IMG/VR virus record: IMGVR_UViG_3300012930_000012
Coordinates: 1-64,000 of that record
DNA: 64,000 nt
Direction: 5' to 3' (one strand)
DNA from: a virus
In this document: positions 47,414 to 55,386 of the stretch, piece by piece
Position numbering within the stretch: the stretch's first letter is position 1
How the letters are laid out: each line of letters begins with the position of its first letter
Notes under the pieces: generated by a model
Told to the model about the DNA's origin: nothing
What the model saw: the letters and a program-made list of their open reading frames with translations, nothing else
The model's database searches: none
Made by a program: the position numbers and the translations under genes

Positions 47414-47763
47414 CCCACCGCACCCCCGCCGAGGAGCTGTGGCTCAACCGTATGCGGGCGGGGTTGTCCCAGACCGCCTACGCGGCCCGGCTAGGTGTGT
47501 CACGCAACACCCTAGCCAATGCCGAGCGAAACGGCCCCAGCAACCGCCTGCGCGCGGCTGCCGCCCGGAAAACCACCGCGACTACCCCCCTGCTCCTTGC
47601 CCTGGCCCGGCGCCGGCATGGGCTTTCGCTCCGGGCCACCGCCGTGCTGGTGGGGACGAGCCACACCACCTTGCTCGACTGGGAGGTTAGGGGGGCGGTG
47701 ACTCTGGTATCTTGGTGGGAGCGGAGGGGGTGGCATTTTGGGGCGCAGCGCGCGCTAAAATAG
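47395..47763 (+). CDS. Tandem XRE-like HTH regulator
   Basis: GLSQ..YA.RLGVSRNTL..AE and GLSL..TA.LVG.SH.TL.DWE. Confidence 0.75.
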   Translation: MPDKDLTHRTPAEELWLNRMRAGLSQTAYAARLGVSRNTLANAERNGPSNRLRAAAARKTTATTPLLLALARRRHGLSLRATAVLVGTSHTTLLDWEVRGAVTLVSWWERRGWHFGAQRALK

Positions 47764-47787
47764 TTGAACTATTTTTGTTCGAGGGGC

Positions 47788-47816
47788 TTTACTCTTGCAC
47801 AAGCACCTTCTAAAGT
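47788..47816 (+). promoter_or_regulatory. Sigma70-like early promoter TTTACT-N17-TAAAGT
   Basis: Canonical spacing, T-tract upstream, motif repeated three times in window. Confidence 0.7.
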
Positions 47817-47823
47817 GATCTTT

Positions 47824-47913
47824 GGGAGGTTACCCAATACCAGCGGCTCCAGCTAAGTGCCAGCTCCTCGAGAGCGACCAGGGTAGAGCGCCAGCGAAAG
47901 AAGGTAACCTCTC
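47824..47913 (+). ncRNA. Candidate structured leader/small RNA
   Basis: GAGGTTACC/GGTAACCTC closing stem; five CCAG(C/G) motifs. Confidence 0.45.
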
Positions 47914-47932
47914 GTAGAACCAGGAGAACCAA

Positions 47933-48031
47933 ATGAGCTACAAAGCAACAATCGAGGCACCATCGCGCACCACCCGCCGGGACAACCGCCACGGCGTAGG
48001 CGGCCGAGTTCCCGGGAATGTATTGACATGA
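47933..48031 (+). CDS. 32-aa peptide (not in ORF track)
   Basis: Conserved CCAGGAGAACC leader; ATGA overlap with next gene. Confidence 0.55.
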   Translation: MSYKATIEAPSRTTRRDNRHGVGGRVPGNVLT

Positions 48032-48486
48032 CCAGACTCCGCCCCCTGCCCATCGGCAACTTCTACTGCGGCCCATCGGCCGTGGCCACCGTGACCGGCG
48101 AACACCCCAAGGGCCGCGTGCGCGCGCTCATCAACGAGCGCCGCGGCCGGCCCGCGAACCAGGGGGTGTGCAACTCAAGCTCCCGGGATTTGCAGTTCGC
48201 TTTGCGCTACCTGGGCTACTACACCGACTGGTACAGCCAGGGTGACATCGAGCGCATGTACGGGGTACAGCGCCCAACGCTGCGCGCGTGGGCGGACGAC
48301 CAGGATGGGGACGATGATTGCCTTTTCCTGGTGAACGTCACTGGCCATTGGGTGGCGTACGACGCCAAGACGAAGGAGGCTTGCGACAATCACTCGCGAA
48401 TAGCCAGACCTATTGGGCTATTCCCTGGCAACCGCAAGCTGGTCAAGGGTTACATCAAAATCTTCGGACAAATAAAGGGAGCCTAA
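48028..48486 (+). CDS. Papain-like cysteine peptidase-fold protein
   Basis: YCGPSAV ... GHWVA ... CDN (Cys-His-Asp). Confidence 0.6.
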   Translation: MTRLRPLPIGNFYCGPSAVATVTGEHPKGRVRALINERRGRPANQGVCNSSSRDLQFALRYLGYYTDWYSQGDIERMYGVQRPTLRAWADDQDGDDDCLFLVNVTGHWVAYDAKTKEACDNHSRIARPIGLFPGNRKLVKGYIKIFGQIKGA

Positions 48487-48487
48487 G

Positions 48488-48853
48488 ATGCAACTGGGAC
48501 GAGAGACGGCCAATGTCATGAGCCACATCATGACTGAATCAAAACAGCCGGAGCCCAAGGTGGGCGATGGCGCCACCGTGTGTTGGTACACGGACCGTAG
48601 CCCGGGTACTATCATCGAGGTGGGCACGAAGCAACGCCGCCCCATGGTGGTGGTGCAGGAGGATCACGCCACCCGCACCGACAGCAATGGGGTAAGCGAT
48701 TCCCAGGACTACGCCTACGCGCCCAACACCGCCGGCCGCAAATGGACTTTCACTTTGCGCAAGGACGGCCGCTGGCGGGAGCTGGGGCGTAGCGCCTCAT
48801 CGCTGGGCCTGGCTATTGGCTTCAGGCGCAAGTACCACGACTTTTCATTCTAA
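48488..48853 (+). CDS. Conserved phage early protein
   Basis: PKVGDGAT..W.TDR ... R.KY.D.SF. Confidence 0.65.
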   Translation: MQLGRETANVMSHIMTESKQPEPKVGDGATVCWYTDRSPGTIIEVGTKQRRPMVVVQEDHATRTDSNGVSDSQDYAYAPNTAGRKWTFTLRKDGRWRELGRSASSLGLAIGFRRKYHDFSF

Positions 48854-48871
48854 GGAGGCGACAATGGCTTG

Positions 48872-49222
48872 ATGGACACCTACCAAGGCTACCGAAAAGG
48901 AAACGGTGGGATTGGCACATGCGTGGTGACGGTAGGCCCGCTTAACGGCAAGCGGCGCCGCCTACCGCTCCACACGAAGATATTCAACCACAGCCCCACG
49001 GGGTTCGAATGGGGCTACGGCGGGAGCGGCCCCGCCCAGCTTGCCTTGGCCATCTTGGCCGATGCCACCGGGGACGAGGAATTAGCCGCACGGCACCACC
49101 AGCAATACAAGTGGGATGTCATCTCGCGGCTTGATACCGCCAAGCCATGGACCATTGCCAAGGAGGATGTGTTAGCCGCGGTGGAGCGATACAAGGTTGC
49201 AGTGGCCAGCGGAGAAGGCTGA
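48872..49222 (+). CDS. DUF6166-like protein
   Basis: NHSPTGFEWGYGGSGPAQLALAIL. Confidence 0.75.
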   Translation: MDTYQGYRKGNGGIGTCVVTVGPLNGKRRRLPLHTKIFNHSPTGFEWGYGGSGPAQLALAILADATGDEELAARHHQQYKWDVISRLDTAKPWTIAKEDVLAAVERYKVAVASGEG

Positions 49223-49300
49223 CCGCAGCTGGGAGGGCACTGGGGACCAGCGTATCGCCGGCCCAGTGCCCTAACAGGTACGATTAGGAGTGTGTAGGCC

Positions 49301-49498
49301 ATGAAGAAGGTCGGTTTAGTGCTAGATTCTGTTGCCGAGGCGGTTGCCCTGGCTGGCACCGAGGGAGTTTCCGGAGGAACGCTTTATGCCATCCTCATGG
49401 GGTATGGCTGTTCCTACAATATGTTTGAAGCTTTGATGGACACCCTTGTTCGCGAAGGCAAAGTCAAGAAACGAGGGCAAAGTTATTTTACAGAATAA
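49301..49498 (+). CDS. Small wHTH-like protein
   Basis: G..GG.LYA.LM...F..LM..L...G.V. Confidence 0.55.
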   Translation: MKKVGLVLDSVAEAVALAGTEGVSGGTLYAILMGYGCSYNMFEALMDTLVREGKVKKRGQSYFTE

Positions 49499-49510
49499 TG
49501 AACTCAGGAG

Positions 49511-49538
49511 TTTACTTTTGCCCAAATAGGTTTACCGT
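49511..49538 (+). promoter_or_regulatory. Repeated early promoter motif TTTACT-N16-TACCGT followed by leader hairpin
   Basis: Matches 34984 and 47788; GTTCCG/CGGAAC stem downstream. Confidence 0.6.
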
Positions 49539-49598
49539 GCGTGCGTTCCGGCGGTGATGCGACACGGCGCCTCGGAACATAGAGCCAGGAGAGATAAA

Positions 49599-49838
49599 AT
49601 GCTAAGAGCCATTGAATACACAGACACCACCAGCAAGGAACCAGCAGCCAAGGAAATTTTCTCCTGGCTCCAGACCCAGGTGGACTACCTAGGCGGGCGC
49701 ATACTGGAACCCTCGCCGGCGAAGCCCGGCTGGAGGGTGCAGGTTATCTTCCAGGATTGCGGACACGATCTTCCGCTCCCGGATGGCTGCCGCCGCGTAT
49801 TTTGCCCCAGCTCCTTCCTCCACACGTTGGGGGTGTGA
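49599..49838 (+). CDS. Hypothetical protein
   Basis: Conserved AGAGCCAGGAG leader. Confidence 0.55.
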   Translation: MLRAIEYTDTTSKEPAAKEIFSWLQTQVDYLGGRILEPSPAKPGWRVQVIFQDCGHDLPLPDGCRRVFCPSSFLHTLGV

Positions 49839-49839
49839 C

Positions 49840-51420
49840 ATGAGCAAAACCTTCACCCCCTCCGCGTACCAACAAGCCATCTTCGACTGGGTTGCAGATG
49901 GAACCGGCTCGGCCATCGTTAAGGCGGTGGCAGGTAGTGGAAAGACAACCACCGTGAAACGATGTTTGCCTTTCATCCCCGAGCACAAGAGCGTGCAATT
50001 GCTCGCCTTCAACAACTCGGCCGCCAAGAGCCTCAAGGAGGCCATCGCGATGCTCGTTCAAGAGAGCCGCGATGGACGCCAGTACAAGGGCGTGCGGGCC
50101 AACACCTTCCACTCACTCGGCTACGGCGCCATCCTAAAGCGCCTGGCATTGAAGCCCGAGCAGATTACCACCACCGACAAAAAGATACGCAACGTGGCCA
50201 AGAGCCTGTTGGGCGATCTGGAATACGATGTTTACGCCGATTTCTGCGTGCACCTGGTTGGCTTAGCCAAGGGCGCCGGCATTGGCCCCCTGACTCCTGA
50301 CGTGGCCGATGCCTGGTACACGCTTATTTCCCACCACGACCTTTACCTGGATGATGTGGAAGCCACCGAAGAACGTGCCATTGTTATAGCGCGGGATCTT
50401 CTTCGCGAGAGCAACAGGCTGGCCGAAATACGACCCGGCTCCGCACCCATCATCGACTACGATGACATGCTTTATTTGCCTCTCCTTTGGAGATGCAAAT
50501 TGTGGCAAAACGATTGGGTTTTTGTTGATGAAGCCCAGGATACAAGCCCCGCGCGCCGTGCGCTAGCCAAACTTGCACTGCGGCCAGGGGGCCGGCTGGT
50601 GGCGGTAGGTGACGACCGACAAGCCATCTATGGCTTCACCGGCGCCTCGGCTGATGCGATGGACCTCATCCGCGAGGAGTTTCGTTGCGTGGAACTTCCC
50701 CTCACCGTTAGCTACAGGTGCCCCAAGGCGGTTGCCGTTAAGGTGCGTGACTTAGTGCCGTACTTTGAGGTGCCGGAGTCCGCCATTGAAGGCGAAGTGA
50801 AATCGTGCACGCTGGCTGATGCCATGACGGTGCTGGGGCCTCAGGACGCCATCTTATGCCGGCAGACCGCCCCGCTGGTGGAGCTGTGCTTCAATCTCAT
50901 TGGACGCGGCAAGCCCTGCGCGGTGCTGGGCAAGGATATCGCCACGGGGTTAGTTAGCCTCATCAATCGCCAAAAGGCTAAGGGCCTGGATGCGCTCATC
51001 GCGAAGCTGGAAGACTACAGAGACCGCGAAGTGGCCAAGCACATGGCCAAGGGCGAGGAAGGCAAGGCGGAAGCCGTATCGGATCGTGTTGCTTGCATCT
51101 TGACCATCGCATCGCACCTCAACGAGCGGGAGCGCACGGTGCCGGCGCTGGTGCGCAAGATTGAGGACATGTTTACCGAAGGCAACGACGTGCTCTCGCT
51201 GGCCACCATCCACAAGGTTAAGGGCCGCGAGTACCGCCGGGTTGCCATCTTGATGCCCGAGTTAATGCCATCCAAGTGGGCACGCCAGGAGCACCAGTAC
51301 CAGCAAGAACTGAACCTTCAATATGTGGGCTGGACGCGGGCCATGGAAACGCTCATGGAACTCACCACCAACACATTGCCGGAGCCGCGCAAGGTGGCCC
51401 CGGCGGAGGTGGTGGCATGA
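49840..51420 (+). CDS. Second UvrD-like SF1 helicase
   Basis: AVAGSGKT, VDEAQD, GDDRQAIYGF, SYRCP, TIHKVKGRE. Confidence 0.92.
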   Translation: MSKTFTPSAYQQAIFDWVADGTGSAIVKAVAGSGKTTTVKRCLPFIPEHKSVQLLAFNNSAAKSLKEAIAMLVQESRDGRQYKGVRANTFHSLGYGAILKRLALKPEQITTTDKKIRNVAKSLLGDLEYDVYADFCVHLVGLAKGAGIGPLTPDVADAWYTLISHHDLYLDDVEATEERAIVIARDLLRESNRLAEIRPGSAPIIDYDDMLYLPLLWRCKLWQNDWVFVDEAQDTSPARRALAKLALRPGGRLVAVGDDRQAIYGFTGASADAMDLIREEFRCVELPLTVSYRCPKAVAVKVRDLVPYFEVPESAIEGEVKSCTLADAMTVLGPQDAILCRQTAPLVELCFNLIGRGKPCAVLGKDIATGLVSLINRQKAKGLDALIAKLEDYRDREVAKHMAKGEEGKAEAVSDRVACILTIASHLNERERTVPALVRKIEDMFTEGNDVLSLATIHKVKGREYRRVAILMPELMPSKWARQEHQYQQELNLQYVGWTRAMETLMELTTNTLPEPRKVAPAEVVA

Positions 51421-51611
51421 GGACCTTCCACACACCTGAGCACGTGCGGGTGCTCAATGAATCAGTGGCCGCTCACCTAGACCCGCACACGGCCGTGGCC
51501 GCCTGGTTCAACGACGTGTCCTACGATGCTGTGACGCGCGAGCAACGCATCCAGGCCAAGAACGCAAACTACATCTACCTGTATTCAAACTCTAGCAAGC
51601 TGGGGGCATAA
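51417..51611 (+). CDS. 64-aa protein resembling Pol I fingers/O-helix fragment
   Basis: DPHTAVAA.F..V..D.VT.EQR..AK..NY...Y; GGAGG RBS, ATGA overlap. Confidence 0.65.
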   Translation: MRTFHTPEHVRVLNESVAAHLDPHTAVAAWFNDVSYDAVTREQRIQAKNANYIYLYSNSSKLGA

Positions 51612-52523
51612 ATGCCGCACATGACCTATAAGACCAAACGCTTCTCGCCGGAGAGTGAGAGCATCATCGACAAGGCCGAGGAGATTTGTACCGAGTACAT
51701 GGGCCAAGGCTACACGTTGACCTTGCGCCAGCTCTACTACCAGTTCGTGGCCCGGGGCTTGCTGGCCAACAACGACAAGAACTACGACAGGCTTGGGTCC
51801 ATCATAAACGATGCCCGGCTAGCCGGCCGCATTGACTGGGCTGCTATTGAGGACCGCACGCGCCACCTCCGTAAGCTGGCATCGTGGGACTCGCCCAAGG
51901 ACATTCTGGAAGCCAGCGCCGCCCAGTTCCGCTACGACCGCTGGGGCAGCCAGCCTACGCGCGTAGAGGTGTGGATTGAAAAAGACGCCTTGATTGGCGT
52001 TATTGAGCCCACGTGCAACGAGTGGCGGGTACCCTACTTCGCTTGTCGCGGCTACTCCAGCCAATCAGAGCAGTGGCGTGCCGGCCGGCGCTTCCTGGGA
52101 CACCGAGAGAACGGCCAGCACGTGCTGGTGCTCCACTTGGGCGATCATGACCCCAGCGGCATCGACATGACCCGCGACAACGACGAGCGCCTAGCCATGT
52201 TCGCCGGCACCGAGGACGGCGAGGACCTGGACCTCGAGTATGACCTGACCATTAAGCGCATCGCGCTCAACATGAACCAGGTGCGCCAGTACAACCCACC
52301 ACCCAACCCCGCCAAGCTCTCGGACTCCCGGGCCGCGGATTACATCAAGCGATTCGGGAACGAAAGTTGGGAGTTAGATGCACTGGACCCCAAGGTTATC
52401 GCCGCCATGCTTCGCCGGGAATTTGAGGCTGTGCTGGATGACGACGCCTGGGCTGAGGCCATCGCAAAGGAGAAGACAGCCCGCACCCGCATCGCCGAGA
52501 TGGCCAAGAAGTGGAAGGATTGA
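51612..52523 (+). CDS. Toprim-domain protein (Topo VI-A/JetD-like)
   Basis: TLRQLYYQ, WIEKDAL, GY.S, GDHDPSG, ELDAL. Confidence 0.8.
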   Translation: MPHMTYKTKRFSPESESIIDKAEEICTEYMGQGYTLTLRQLYYQFVARGLLANNDKNYDRLGSIINDARLAGRIDWAAIEDRTRHLRKLASWDSPKDILEASAAQFRYDRWGSQPTRVEVWIEKDALIGVIEPTCNEWRVPYFACRGYSSQSEQWRAGRRFLGHRENGQHVLVLHLGDHDPSGIDMTRDNDERLAMFAGTEDGEDLDLEYDLTIKRIALNMNQVRQYNPPPNPAKLSDSRAADYIKRFGNESWELDALDPKVIAAMLRREFEAVLDDDAWAEAIAKEKTARTRIAEMAKKWKD

Positions 52524-52527
52524 GGCC

Positions 52528-52770
52528 GTGACTACGATCCAGCTCCACCGCATCAACGCCACCACCTACACGGTTGTGAACACCCCGCTCATCATACGCC
52601 GGGTGGACCCGCAATTTAGCGGCCAGCCAGCCGCCACCTGGGACCTTGCCAGCACCAGCGGAGCAATGATTGAATCAGAGCTAGCCACACTGGCCCAAGC
52701 CAGATACCAGGCCGGCAAGTTTATCACGGAAACTCTCCAAGCTGAAATCAACGCATGGGATCAAGCATGA
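52528..52770 (+). CDS. Hypothetical protein
   Basis: GTG start; ATGA overlap downstream. Confidence 0.45.
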   Translation: MTTIQLHRINATTYTVVNTPLIIRRVDPQFSGQPAATWDLASTSGAMIESELATLAQARYQAGKFITETLQAEINAWDQA

Positions 52771-53672
52771 CCCTCATGCTCCCCCACCTCATTGACGATC
52801 TTGAAGGCCGGGTCAAGCATTCAACTTTAATCAAGATACCTGGCAGCGAGCACAGCGTGGATAACTTCCTCGTGCTCGTCAAACAAGCCGAAAAGTTCTC
52901 CTTTGGCGAGATACCACTCGAGCGTAACCCAAACCCCAAGGAAGCCATCGCCGGCATACCCGTGTGGATGCAGCCAGAGATCACAGAGGTAGAACAAGAA
53001 GCCTGGGATCTGGGATTAATTCCATTACCGGCGCCCATTTGCTGGTACGAATACATCCTCGGCGGGGAACCCAGCGGCTGCCTGGTTATCGGCACCGGAG
53101 GAGAAATCCGTGTGCAGCGAGTGGATTACAACGCCAAGCAGCGCAAAGGGGTTTTTAGCGGCGTGTTCGTGGAAAAGGAATCCCCCGGACAATACATCGC
53201 CCACGGCCCAAAACCGGCCACGGATTTCATCCGCAACTTACACAAAGCCGGCAAACGAGTGATGAACTTATCAGCCGATCATTACCTGGTCACCTACTTG
53301 ACTCTTATGCTATCATCCCTCACCACCGACATCCATGTGGTGCCCGCACCACATCGCTTAAACAAGTCTCGCATGAAAGCCGGCAACGCCCCCCTGCCTC
53401 CGCACCGGGTGGTGACCATCGTGCCGGACCGCTACGTGGACCGGGGGCCAAGCCAGGGGGGCACGCACCGTAGCCCGCGGCTGCACTGGCGGCGCTCCCA
53501 CAAGCGGCACCACGAACACCGCACACCCTCCGCGGTTTACTCCCCACACGAGGTTCACAAAGGGCTAACGGGGTGGTGGATCACGCTCATCGCCCGCCAG
53601 CTTGTGGGGAAGAAGGAAGCGGGTGAGGTTAGCCACGAATACTTCGTTCGCGATAAGGAGACGATGTCATGA
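52767..53672 (+). CDS. Conserved phage protein (SPRLHWRRSH motif)
   Basis: LNK.R.K.G..PL ... SPR.H.RR.H.R. Confidence 0.65.
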   Translation: MTLMLPHLIDDLEGRVKHSTLIKIPGSEHSVDNFLVLVKQAEKFSFGEIPLERNPNPKEAIAGIPVWMQPEITEVEQEAWDLGLIPLPAPICWYEYILGGEPSGCLVIGTGGEIRVQRVDYNAKQRKGVFSGVFVEKESPGQYIAHGPKPATDFIRNLHKAGKRVMNLSADHYLVTYLTLMLSSLTTDIHVVPAPHRLNKSRMKAGNAPLPPHRVVTIVPDRYVDRGPSQGGTHRSPRLHWRRSHKRHHEHRTPSAVYSPHEVHKGLTGWWITLIARQLVGKKEAGEVSHEYFVRDKETMS

Positions 53673-53922
53673 AGGAACTTATCTCACACACGGCCATGAA
53701 GCCCGGCGTGCCCATCTTGCTGGTAGCTCGTTTGAGTACCATCCAGTGCATGGTGCTCCAGTTGGGTAGGATGGATCGCCGATTCGAGGGTATCATCAAG
53801 GTGGCAAGTGTGTCTGGCTAAATGATGGCCGGCGCGTGGAGTTTGAAACCACCGGGGATGGTGGTTTTATCGGAACGCTCTCGAAAGAACCGGACCCGCT
53901 GTACCCGGGGAGGGAGACATGA
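53669..53922 (+). pseudogene. Small gene apparently frameshifted at a (GT)3 run
   Basis: 5' frame and 3' frame each overlap a neighbour by ATGA; removing one GT at 53808-53813 joins them. Confidence 0.4.
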
Positions 53923-54242
53923 GCCTGGACAACCACCTCAAGAAGGTTACAGCCACCCACTGGGTGACCAAAGACGGACGGCGACTGACACCCGCCCAGA
54001 TGGGCACAAACCACCTCCGCAACACGGTGAATTTGCTCAAGCGTTGGGGTTGGCACGAGAAGCTGCGGCGAGAACTTCAGCTGTGCATGGTCAATCCAAA
54101 CACCACCGGGGACGGGGCGTTTGATGCGGTGATGAGCGAAATGTACGCGCTCGAGCGCCAGACGGTGGACGACTTCCTGTGCTGGGTGGTACCCACCTAC
54201 CGGGCACTGGTTACTGAACTGAGGTTGAGGGCTTATGGATGA
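53919..54242 (+). CDS. Conserved phage hypothetical protein
   Basis: W.TKDG......M...HL.N motif. Confidence 0.6.
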   Translation: MSLDNHLKKVTATHWVTKDGRRLTPAQMGTNHLRNTVNLLKRWGWHEKLRRELQLCMVNPNTTGDGAFDAVMSEMYALERQTVDDFLCWVVPTYRALVTELRLRAYG

Positions 54243-54421
54243 GCAACGGCCATAATGCGCAAGCGCGTAAGGGTCTAGAGACCGAGAAGGTCAACCGCCG
54301 GCACATGCACGCCCGACGCAAGAACAAGAAGGATTCCTGGGAGGCCAAGCACCGCGGAAGCAAAAGACAGTACGCCCGCGAATACCATGAAATGGAGGAA
54401 GACGATGCCCGCGATGACTAG
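54239..54421 (+). CDS. Small basic protein
   Basis: GAGG RBS, ATGA overlap. Confidence 0.45.
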   Translation: MSNGHNAQARKGLETEKVNRRHMHARRKNKKDSWEAKHRGSKRQYAREYHEMEEDDARDD

Positions 54422-54702
54422 GTTTTTAGGGTTGGTGGTTTTGGGGCTGGTATGGGCTGTGGCGCTCATGCTCGTTTATGTAGCGTGAGCGCGCACGTGC
54501 CGGCGCCCTGGCGCCCTACCATGTGGGACCGTGCTCTAGCATGGGCGGCCGTAACCGCCATTGGCCTGGCCGTTACAGGCTGGTGGGTGTGGATGGCCTG
54601 GACCCTGGACGGGCTGCTATGTGCAAACTGATTAACGGAGCCTTGTGCCTCGTGGGCGCGCTCGTGTGGCTCTGGGTGTGGGTTGTTTACTTCCAGGACT
54701 AA
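54414..54702 (+). CDS. Three chained membrane micro-peptides (54414-54488, 54485-54631, 54619-54702)
   Basis: 24, 48 and 27 aa, each one hydrophobic helix, overlapping starts/stops. Confidence 0.5.
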
Positions 54703-54726
54703 AAAAAAAGGCCCCAACCGGGGCCT
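54701..54726 (-). terminator. Intrinsic terminator of the late (minus-strand) transcript
   Basis: AGGCCCC-GGTT-GGGGCCT stem followed by a U run (A9 on plus strand). Confidence 0.85.
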
Positions 54727-54739
54727 AGGAGGCATTTAA

Positions 54740-55069
54740 ATGAGATGGAAATGGCTGGAACGGTTAGCCGAGCGTTGGCTCAATCACGAGCGAAGCTTCG
54801 TTGGGGTTGCCTTTGGCACGCTTGACACCAAGGGTGATTTCGTCATCATGGCTGAGCACGATGTTCAGGTTGTCGTGTTCAACGGCGTGGTTTTTAACGC
54901 GAAGTACGAAATCTTCACAGCCACACGGGTTTTTTTGGTCACCCACTTCGCCTGGAGAACAGCCGAGGGGACTTTGGCGGTGCGTCCTGCGGATGAACGG
55001 GTGCAGATGGTTGCCAACGACAGCATCGGTCTAAGACGGGAGAAATTCAAGCTGGCCTTAAAGGATTAG
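54740..55069 (+). CDS. Hypothetical protein
   Basis: AGGAGG RBS; converges with late operon. Confidence 0.55.
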   Translation: MRWKWLERLAERWLNHERSFVGVAFGTLDTKGDFVIMAEHDVQVVVFNGVVFNAKYEIFTATRVFLVTHFAWRTAEGTLAVRPADERVQMVANDSIGLRREKFKLALKD

Positions 55070-55386
55070 CAGGCCGGATTATCCACCTTGAATAAGAACG
55101 GGGTCGAGATAAGCTTCACGCTCGGACCGGATTCGTAAGTCAAGAAGACCTCCCAGTCGCCGGCCTGGTCAATATCGCCGGCGACAAACGTGTACTGGAC
55201 GTATTGATTAGCCAAGAACGTTCCCAGCGACGTCGGCACGGTGGTGGCTCCAAGAGACACGGCCGGGTTTGTCTTGATTAGGAAACTTTCATCGGGCTTC
55301 GTAAATGTCAACGTTAGCGCCGTCCATGCGCTCATGTCGTAGTTGGCATCAAACCTAAACAACACGCCGTACTCGCCAATCTTCAT
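55066..55386 (-). CDS. BppU-like beta-sandwich adaptor
   Basis: D.S....L...KPD ... GDIDQAG.W motif. Confidence 0.6.
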   Translation of the reverse strand: MKIGEYGVLFRFDANYDMSAWTALTLTFTKPDESFLIKTNPAVSLGATTVPTSLGTFLANQYVQYTFVAGDIDQAGDWEVFLTYESGPSVKLISTPFLFKVDNPAC

